64,000 nucleotides of DNA from Narcine bancroftii (Eukaryota), in assembly GCF_036971445.1 (NCBI RefSeq), contig NC_091474.1:80228001-80292000 (forward strand), read 5' to 3'. Shown here one piece after another: positions 52,331 to 62,433 of this stretch; position 1 is the stretch's first letter; the number at the start of each line of letters is the position of its first letter. Below the pieces are notes generated by a model that ran no database searches, was not told where the DNA came from, and worked only from the letters and a program-made list of their open reading frames with translations. A program made the translations under genes and the position numbers.

Positions 52331-53739
52331 TTTAATCCTGACTCACTCTACTTCATGTCAATGACCCAGTAGGCTGTTTTTACCTGGGATGGTGCCCAGG
52401 AAGATTAACGCAATGATGGTGGATAGTTTTGGGAGACCCTCCATTGAACCAGGACTATAGCTGGGCCATAACTGGGCAGTGGCATCCATCATTACATTGG
52501 TGAACAACCTGCGGATAAATGGGCAGTGGGTAAATCTATCATGAGTCAATGGTTGCCCAGACCATCTGTGCTCAAGGGTATGTCTAATTGAAAATGCCAA
52601 CCCACCCTCAGAAAGTGGCCAGATCTTTATCTGCAGGCTTTCCTACTGTTAAAGAAGTGTCTATCAATGTCTGGGAGGCACCAGAAAACAGTGATGAAAA
52701 AATAATCACATGATTAAAATAATTAACAATATTAGACCTCTCAGAAAATAATTACAAAGCTTAAAAACACCAAGGGCCAATTAAACATTTAAATTAACTC
52801 GTAAAATAATGAAAAAAGTCAATGATCTGAAATTTGCAGTTGTCCTTCTCCACTGACAGAACCTTTACCTGATGTGGATTTAAAGAGCAGATATCTCAGC
52901 ATGCCTGCAAGGGAGAGGCAGGGGTCTAGTCCTCTGTCGCAGGGCTGAGGAGCCCACTGTTGAAGGAGGTGCAGAAGGACTGCAATGAGGACACCCAGGG
53001 TGTTTGGATTTCCACCTTTGGATGAGCAGTCACAGGAAGCTGCACAGTCAGTATGTTTAAATCTCTATTTCTTTACATGTGTAGGTTGAGTACAGTTTTT
53101 TGCACCATAAATAAGTGGTAATTCTGCCTCGCCTGCAGGAGAAAGTATCTCAGGGTTGTATGTGGTGTCATGAATGTACTCTGACAATACATCTGAAGTG
53201 ATTCAATGTCATTGAAAGGCTGGGCACTGATTTGGGATACTGTAATGCCATTGGAAAGGTCCAAATATGATGCACAGAGTGGAGAATAGCCCACATCCAG
53301 AGATGGAAGGAAAGTTTTCTGGTATAAATACCAATATAGATTATTTTACTTCTTCACTATCAAGTTGATATACAATTCTGACCAGAAAGAAGATAAATGT
53401 AATGAGTAACCTTCTGGAAGCATTTTACTGATTTCTTCTCATGAGATTAATTTGACAATGTAGCAATAGCAGTGAGACACGACAGGACCCAAGGTTAAAT
53501 TCAGTACTCAGCAAGCTGTGTGACATTTGATACGTTGAACAAGCTGGGATCCAGATTCGAAATGTGTGCCCATTAGTCAATTAAATCTGTCATAAATGCT
53601 GAAAGGGACAATTCGTATTGTAGTTGGTTTCTCCTCCACATTTTTTAAGAAATAGGCTATTCAGCCCATCGAGCTTGCCCTGCCATTTCATCATGAGCTG
53701 AGTGAAACCTGATAGGCCGCAGACGCTGTGATTATAGTA

Positions 53740-54011
53740 AACACACCGAAATGCTGGAGGAACTCAGCTGGTCTTTTCAGCATCTCAAGGAGACAAAGAT
53801 ATATTGTTGATGTATCACATCCAATTAACACCTTTGTTGGTCTGGATTCCTCCCTCATTGTTTGAATTCTGAGACTTTCTGATATCTCCTGGTTCTGCCT
53901 TTTCTGATTTTTCCCTTGAAGAAGGGCTCAGGCCTGAAACATTGGCGATATATCTTTGTCTCCACAGATACTGAAAAGACCAGCTGAGTTCCTCCAGCAT
54001 GTTGGTGTGTT
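53740..54011. mobile_element. Penelope-like fold-back element nested in a CR1 tail
   Basis: ~65-bp inverted arms (aaatgctggaggaactcagctggtcttttcag...agacaaagatata and its reverse complement) enclosing ttgaagaagggctcaggcctgaaac. tcatgagctga occurs on both sides (~53691 and ~54015). Confidence 0.65.
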
Positions 54012-54230
54012 AATCATGAGCTGATCCATTTTCCCACTCAGCCTGGTCTTCTCCATACAACCTTTGATGCCCTGGCTAATCAAGAATATCAATCTCTGCC
54101 TTAAATACACCCAATATCCTGGCCTCTACAACTACCTATGCCAACAAATTGTTCAGATTTACCACCCTCTCTCTTCTCAGCAGATACCCTTCAAGACTGA
54201 AGTCGTGGTTCTTCATCAAAATACTGGGCT

Positions 54231-54420
54231 TGTAGCAGAGTCATTCTGGTTCAGAAGAAGACTCACACACCAAGGGAATATAATCGGCACTAGCTTTATT
54301 GGGCTGCAGCTCTGCCTTTTATAGGCAACCAGCTGCATCACCACTGGGGCGTGGCCTGAGTGGAGCTGGCTGCTGATTGGCTGTCCCGGATTGGACCATA
54401 ACTGCATGTGGAATCACCAA
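54231..54420 (-). mobile_element. Probable solo LTR
   Basis: On the minus strand the order is CCAAT twice, a GC-rich box, TATAAAA, AATAAA and an ...ACA end. Confidence 0.5.
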
Positions 54421-56194
54421 ACAAATTCTGGGAGAAGGTTCCCAAATGCAAACCCAAGATTATTTGCAGGATATTATCCATTTTAGCCTCAGGTATATAG
54501 AAATGATTAATGATTTTGTTCACAAGCTATCAGCCCATTATAGGCCCATCAAGTCTGCTCCAAAAGAAAACACCAAAATCAAATATTTTTACCTCATTGT
54601 TCCAATTTGCCAATGCTCCATGTTTGAACTGGAAGCACCAACTCATGTTCAAGGATGGTTCAGCAAGAAAAGTAATTTTCTTGATTGGATAACAATATCA
54701 TGCAATTCCAGCAGCCAATCAACCATGTAATGAGTTCATTCCAATTAGAACATAGGGCCCACAAGGAGGCCAATGAGCTGTTGCAGGCAGCAAGTCATGG
54801 GATGAAGCCTTCAGCGATAAATGCTCCCATTGGAGGAGAGTGTTATTGAACCCTTTGTTCATTTGGCACTCTTCAATGGCTGGTGTTCATGCTGCTTATA
54901 AAATCTTCTCCTATTCCAAATATTTCTGCCATTATCCTGTTAAAAGCATTTTCTGTAACTACATCTTGTGCAGGGAAGTTACACATTTGAGCCATTGCCT
55001 AATAGAAGTAATCTCTCTTAATTTCTAAGCACCTCCTGATCTCTGGTGAGTCAATATCTTATTGTGGGTCTTCATGGGGAGGTGGAGGTGTTTTGTTAAG
55101 AGAGGTTGTGTGTGGAGCATTAAAACTTTCTGACCATGCTGAGGACTCTCAGTGATTAATGATAATAGTTAACCATGCAAAAGTGTTGAAATATTGATGA
55201 GCCTTGAGGGAGATGGCCTATTTACCTAACCCATTTATAAATGAATTAATGTGGTAAAAGCAATGGAGACTTTTCCCATACCACCACCTCCCCTCTACGA
55301 TTCTTACTTCTGTTTAATATCAACCCTCTTGGAGGTAAATTCAATATGACGTGGACTGAATTCTATAAAAATTGACATGACTTCAAAATCTGTGACATTA
55401 ATTGGAAGCTAAGATTTAAACTACTTAATATTTCAATACCATGGTTTTAGATAAGATTGCAACCACTCACTGTCAAAGTTTAAGTGAATCTTTTCCTTTA
55501 ATTAAAAAAATTTTTTTCTCTAAATACTACTATCTGGAGCGCTGAATTTTGGATGTTCAATGACATCTGTAAAGCCATTGCACTTTGTATCCTGTGTCAA
55601 TACTTTGTGAGTAGTGTGGGTGTATACAATGTGATGAGCAGCTGAACAACAGAAGCTTCCATCTCAATTTCGACAACGTGGGAGTTGCTTTTGGTGTCCA
55701 TTGTCAGTTACCAAGAATAACTAAGTGGTTGCTAGGTTATGAGGAAAGAAGAAAGAAAAGATAGAAATAAAGGAAGATCTACTTGTACAAATAGACTTTT
55801 GACAACTCCAAAAAATCCCAAGCGGTCTTGAGTCAATGATATGTTATTGAAGTACAGTTGGCATTGTGCTGTTGGGAATATGAAACTATTTTCCAGATAG
55901 ATAAATGAATAGCTGAAGAATTCTAACAATAAACTCTTCAAGCTTTCTCTGACAAATTCTGGAGAAGGTTCCCAAATGATGTTTATTTGCAGGATAGGAT
56001 CTAGCTTTGACTCAGGTACAAATGTGAATTGATTGAAAACTTTTGTTCTGAAAAGAGAAGATTTATACTGGGTTTCAAAACACTTGATTAAATGTAATGG
56101 CTCCTGACAATAATATGCATTTTTCCCACATCATGTGATTCTTTAAACCATTATGGTTCATCTTTTCAGAAGATGTAGGTTGAGCAAAATGACA

Positions 56195-58838
56195 TGCATA
56201 CTAGAAGTCCCTCCTCCTGGTATTGGGCTAACAGATCTATAATATCCACCTGGAACATGAACTAGAAGTAGGAGTTACACCATTCAGCCCATCGATCCTT
56301 CTGTGCCATTCATTGTGATCATGGCTGATTTGTTGATAGTCTTGTCTCCACCTACCTGCCTTTTGGTGGTGCACAGGCACCAGTCCTCACTCCCATCAAG
56401 GACATCTACAAGAGGCAGTGTCTTTTAAAAATAGAAGCAGCCTCTATCCTCAAAGACCCCCACCACCCAGGCCTTGCCCTCTTCACTCTGCTACCAGCAG
56501 GAAAAAGTTACAGCAGCTTAAAGATGAGCACTCAGCTGCACAAGGACAGCTTCTTCCCCACTGTCATCAATTCCTGAATGGTCAATGAACCAGGGACACT
56601 GCCTCACTTTTCAAGTATTTTTAAAGTTTATTTTTGCCAGGTGGTTGATATGAATGTTTGTACCGTGATACAGCAAACCACTGAATGCCATGGCTTGTTC
56701 ATGACAATAAATACTGATTCCTTTCCCTGTATTCCTTGATTCTCTGACTATCTTTAAAAAAAAATTGATCCAACCTTGTCTTAAATATATTTACTGAGGT
56801 CACCTCCACTGCTTCAATGGGCAGCGAATTCCACAGATACACCAGCGTCTGGGAAAAGCAGTTCTTCCTCCTCTCCATCCTAAATCTACTCCCCTGAATC
56901 TTGAGGCTATGTACCCAAGTTCTCGTCTCCCCCACCAAATGGAAACAAATTGCCATCCTCTATCTTATCTATGCCTTTCAAAATTTTATACGTTTCTCTA
57001 AGATCCAGTTTTGGATCTATTGTTAAGAGTACATACTGATGTAAAGGTGAATTTTTTTTTATATATAAGATGTGGGCCCCATTCATGGAATGTTACCATC
57101 ATTTTTTTTTAAATTAGTGTGTTTGGTCACTCCTGAGGAGATTGTCTGGTTTCCCAATGTCATCTTTGGTTTCCAATTACATTAGATGTGCAAGTTTGCC
57201 TTGATTAGAGGGAGGAGTTTGATTAATAGGGTTTTTTTCTGTTTTTCTTTTTAAGTGTTGCTGTACCATCAATAATCACAAAAGACTGTAGTTGTGAAAA
57301 TGACAGGCTTTTATTAATGATAGACTGGAACAGCTATCAACCAAGGTAGAGTGAAAGGGCTATGGGTAGGATCAGTCTCGGGAGGCTTGTCAAACCAGCG
57401 GCAGCCAATCATAGCATGACAATGGTTTACCACATGTTTTGGAAAAAGGTTTGTTTTAATGGGTTTGTAAAATTAAGGGTATATAAAATTTATACCATAT
57501 ATGCTGAAAGTATTATTAGAGTAGTGCAAATTATCTGCTTTTTCATGTATTTAATTCCATTTATTGGATTAATATGTTTGTTTTATACATTACATGCAGC
57601 CCTGGATCCATTTTCATGTAGGTTCATTCTTCTCCTCTCTTGTCCTTCTAAATTCCAGGGAGTCGAGTCCTAGATGACTCGATCTCTCCTCAGAGGCTAA
57701 CCCCCTCATCTCTGGAATCAACCTCCTCTGCACCACTTCCAAATCCAGTACCTCCTTCCTCAAGAAAGGAGACCAGAACAGAGATCCTTAACATCTCATG
57801 CAAGGGACCATGTTGCAGCACTCCTGAATTAACGTGCAGAATTACAAACAAGCTTTGAACAAAATCAGGTTGATTGGGCTAAAGACTTCTACACAGCTGA
57901 TCTTCATTCCAAAAAAATCCTCCCAAATTACAAATGTTTTTGTAACATCTGTTGAAGATCAGTCTGGCAGTGGATAAGACCATGGACAGGCATGTTGGCA
58001 AGAGAATGGAGGTAGGCAATTGAAATGGGTGGTCAGAGGGAGATCCACTGAGAGAAATAAATCCCATTGGTCTATTAGTATTGGATTGATGACATCTGAT
58101 GTTCCTTTCAAGGGCTTTTTGCCTGAGCCTTGAAATTCTTTGCTCTTCAACTCTATTTTTGACTTCTTTTCCAAGAAGTTTCTGACCTTCTTGGTCTTGT
58201 CCTCACCTGCATCCTGTACATTACACTTCATTCCACTCAGCTTGCCAACCTGCTCAGTCTCGTGTCTCCCTGCACTGAGCTGCAGCATTTCCCTGTTTTA
58301 GTTCCTCTCTCGAGTTTGGTATCATCGACAAATTTGGATACTCATTCCTACACTTGTAACCGTGATCCAGATTCTGGAATGCTGTTTTTTTTTCCTTTTT
58401 TTTCCTCCGATCTGAGTAACCTTTTCTTACCATCACTTGGGGCTGTTTGTTTCATTTGGGCCTAATTTGACAACTATTCCATCATTATGTTAGATTCCAC
58501 AGACTTTTACTTTGGGCAGAACATGGTGGTATCTTCTCACAGGTCATGTGAGGCCCATTGTCAACTGTATATTGTAGGTCTGGAGTTGTTTTTGGGCCAG
58601 ACCAGGGAAGTTTATTTCCTCTCCTGAAGGTCACTGGAGAACAAACTTTTTTTTATACGACAATCTAAGTGCCTCTGAGCACGATTACTCAGCCTATCAA
58701 CAAATCAGCCATGATCACAATGAATGGCACAGAAGGATCAATGGGCTGAATGGTCTAACTCCTACTTCTATTTCATGTTCCAGGTGGATATTATAGATCT
58801 GTTAGCCCAATACCAGGAGGAGGGACTTCTAGTATGCA
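56195..58838. repeat. 145-bp inverted repeat pair (56195-56339 and 58694-58838)
   Basis: The arms are reverse complements with only a few mismatches. Confidence 0.9.
57259..57434 (-). mobile_element. Probable solo LTR
   Basis: TG...CA ends and a minus-strand AATAAA. The terminus tgctgtaccatcaataat resembles the reverse complement of the 32330 LTR end. Confidence 0.5.
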
Positions 58839-59345
58839 GTTTTATCAAGGTTCAAGATTCCTTTATTGTCATTTAAGATAAAGAGAATTTCCTTTTGGCT
58901 GCTGTCAGGCAGACAGATCCATTATCAGCAATGAAGCGCCTCTCACAGTCAGAGAAAGAAAAGCAAAGGAGAGTCCCCTCCAGAGTCACCGAGTGACCGT
59001 GGATTCAAATCCAGCTCTGCTGCAGCCCTGATCCAAACCATCGGCCTCCTGAACTCCAGGTTTGAACCTCTGACGGAATCCGGAAACCTTCAGTGCCCAC
59101 GGTCCCCTCTCGCGTTCTGGTTCCAATAGTCTTCAGCCAGTCTCCAGCAGTTTGCAGCCTGGTGTGAATTCCTCAACCTCATTGTGAATTTGAAGGATGA
59201 GTTTAAATCTCACAGCTGCTGTGGTAAGATTTGATTTGTTGTTGGACCAGGTGTCTAGGTTGTGAGTCCAGTAATTTAACAGCTGTACCTCCGCAAGAGG
59301 AATCATTCAGCTGTCTGCTACTTGAACCGAGCTGTACTTTTAACC

Positions 59346-59718
59346 CAGTGGCTTTCAAAAATTTTCCCCACTCACATACCACCTTGAGTAATTCCTATGT
59401 CGTAGTGCTCTGTGATTAGCAAGGGTTTACTTAAAATGGTATGTGAGTGGAGGAGAAAAAGGTTGAGAACCACTGCTCGAGACCCAATTGTTACTGAACT
59501 ATTTTGCTTCAGAAAAATTGTTATTGGCCCATTTCCTTTGGCGTTATGAAACCGTGCACATAACGAGTCATTTAGGTATGATTTAAAACAGTGGTTTTCA
59601 AACATTTCTTTCCATTCACATACCACTTTAAGTGACCCCTTGCTAATCACAGAGCTCTTATGGCATGGGGATTACTTAAGGTGGTATGTGAGTGGAAGAA
59701 AAAAGTTTGAAAACCACT
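59346..59718 (+). mobile_element. Compound hAT MITE (unit + spacer + unit)
   Basis: Same two-unit layout and homologous spacer as the copy at 50962. Confidence 0.8.
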
Positions 59719-60790
59719 CATTTCACCTAAAGTGTCTCCCGAAGCTTCTGAGTGCAACGACACCGACTCGTGCGTAAAGCAGAAGAGGAAATTATTTGTA
59801 ACATTCGTACCTATCTCTTTACAAACTGTTATTGGGTCCAGACACCTGCTCCTGACTGTGAATGTTCGGTCCAACACTGGATTTTTGAGTCCAAATAAAA
59901 GACTCATTGTGGTGATTCTGAGGCTCTGATAATGAAGGGGTTTAGTAGCTGTTACCAAGCAGTCAGTGAAGCAGCAGAAATCTCTTTCATTTTCCACTGC
60001 ATCGACATCCAGATTCCTTTCAAGAGACCATTGCATCTGGCCTTCAAGTGGTGAGATCTGGCACAAACCCAGGTATTTGAGAATCAATCTGGCATGACTC
60101 CTTTGAATTAAGAATTCAGTTATTTGCTCCTTGTATGTTGGGCATTAATTGAGAATTAATGAGGAAATTTGCCTAAGTATTTTCTCAACTTATTTTCATG
60201 TGAACTGAACTGGAGCCTGTTGGAAGTATATGAATAAGACAAGGAGAAAGAATGGAAATGCAGTAAGGCAGCAAACGCCAGTATGTCAATAAATCATTCA
60301 ATGGTAGAACACAGAGAGAGACCATTCTACCCATTGTGGCTGTGGTGACTCTCTGAAAAAACCTTCCTTTACCCTTGATGTGGTGAATAGATGAGATTGC
60401 CTGGAAATAACAACATATTGCTAGAGAAACTCTGCAGTTCAAACAGTAAACTTTTGTTGCAAAGATAAAGATACATCACCAGCATTTCGGGCTTTATCCT
60501 TTCATCAAGGTATGGAAAAATGTAGGCAAGCACCCAAACAAAATGTTGGTGGGGGAGGGGCTGGGGGGGGTCATAAAGCTTGTGTGCAGCAGGGATTACA
60601 GATGGGGAGCAGTGAGGAGAACTTCTTCAGGATCAGCATCCCTCAGAGATTTCAAAGTTTTAAGGTAACAAGGAGTAAAACGTGAAGGTCTGCAGATACA
60701 GTTGATTGATGGAGAGCAAAGGAGAACTTCAGGGTTGGCACCCTCTCTTTTAGCCTGGCAATCCAGGGTAGTAGATTTAGGACAGAGATA

Positions 60791-61625
60791 GAGGGTGGTG
60801 AGGCTCGCGGAGGGTGGTGAGGCTCGCGGAGGGTGGTGAGGCTCGCGGAGGGTGGTGAGGCTCGCGGAGGGTGGTGAGGCTCGCGGAGGGTGGTGAGGCT
60901 CGCGGAGGGTGGTGAGGCTCGCGGAGGGTGGTGAGGCTCGCGGAGGGTGGTGAGGCTCGCGGAGGGTGGTGAGGCTCGCGGAGGGTGGTGAGGCTCGCGG
61001 AGGGTGGTGAGGCTCGCGGAGGGTGGTGAGGCTCGCGGAGGGTGGTGAGGCTCGCGGAGGGTGGTGAGGCTCGCGGAGGGTGGTGAGGCTCGCGGAGGGT
61101 GGTGAGGCTCGCGGAGGGTGGTGAGGCTCGCGGAGGGTGGTGAGGCTCGCGGAGGGTGGTGAGGCTCGCGGAGGGTGGTGAGGCTCGCGGAGGGTGGTGA
61201 GGCTCGCGGAGGGTGGTGAGGCTCGCGGAGGGTGGTGAGGCTCGCGGAGGGTGGTGAGGCTCGCGGAGGGTGGTGAGGCTCGCGGAGGGTGGTGAGGCTC
61301 GCGGAGGGTGGTGAGGCTCGCGGAGGGTGGTGAGGCTCGCGGAGGGTGGTGAGGCTCGCGGAGGGTGGTGAGGCTCGCGGAGGGTGGTGAGGCTCGCGGA
61401 GGGTGGTGAGGCTCGCGGAGGGTGGTGAGGCTCGCGGAGGGTGGTGAGGCTCGCGGAGGGTGGTGAGGCTCGCGGAGGGTGGTGAGGCTCGCGGAGGGTG
61501 GTGAGGCTCGCGGAGGGTGGTGAGGCTCGCGGAGGGTGGTGAGGCTCGCGGAGGGTGGTGAGGCTCGCGGAGGGTGGTGAGGCTCGCGGAGGGTGGTGAG
61601 GCTCGCGGAGGGTGGTGAGGCTCGC
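60791..61625. repeat. Perfect 19-bp minisatellite (GAGGGTGGTGAGGCTCGCG)n, ~44 copies, inside a CR1 3' fragment (~60740-61855)
   Basis: Exact period of 19. The flanks gtagatttaggac and gcccaatgaagcactggaggtgacttcagtaaat match the CR1 copy at ~56713-56960. Confidence 0.97.
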
Positions 61626-62433
61626 TAATTTGTTGCCCAATGAAGCACTGGAGGTGACTTCAGTAAATGTATTTAAGACAAGGTTGGATACATTTTTACA
61701 TAGTTGTGGAATTAAGGGATATTGAAGGGGTGGGGGTGTGCAAAGGTAGGTGGAGATGAGCCTATCATCAGATCAGCCATGATCTCATTGAATTGCAGAT
61801 CAAGCTTGATGGGCTGGATGGCCAACTCCTGCTCAGATTTTTTTTAATGTTCTAACATATTGTTTTTTTTTTAAACTTTATTTAAAGATTTTATCACATG
61901 AATAAAACAAAAAAAATTACATTTAAATAAAAATAAAAATAAAGTAATTTTTACAACACAGCATTAATGACCTAACTTAAATCAGTCTAACCCCCCTATA
62001 TATACGGACACAAAAAAATCTATATATATAACAAAAAAACCCACCCTTCCCCCCCCCCAAAATAAAGTGAAGAATTAATAAAGTTAATAATATTATATAT
62101 AAAAAAACACTCACAAACAAAAAAAATAACAAGTAAAAATACTAAAAAAAAGTTATCAAATCTAAAATATCACACATAAAACATATTTTAGTCAAACTTA
62201 ATTGCATGTACTTAACAAATGGAGTCCATGTTCTAACAATTTGTTGACTGGAGTCATCTCAGATGGATTGTGTTAAAGAAAAGGCAGCAAATTAGAAAAA
62301 GCCATGTTTCATCGTGAAATTTTAACATTAGTTTGAAGGCTATAATGACAGCCCACCAACAAATAGACAGGACCAGAGTTCCTTTCATCATCTGCGCTTT
62401 GTTATCTGGTGCACTTGAAATGATCCTTTGGTT

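Noticed and set aside
57959-58436. Lys-rich minus-strand ORFs as host exons
   Set aside because: They resemble a decayed CR1 RT region and lack a convincing splice or homology signal.
60777-61640. 287-aa ORF of repeated SLTTLREPHHPPRASPPSA
   Set aside because: It is the translation of the 19-bp minisatellite.
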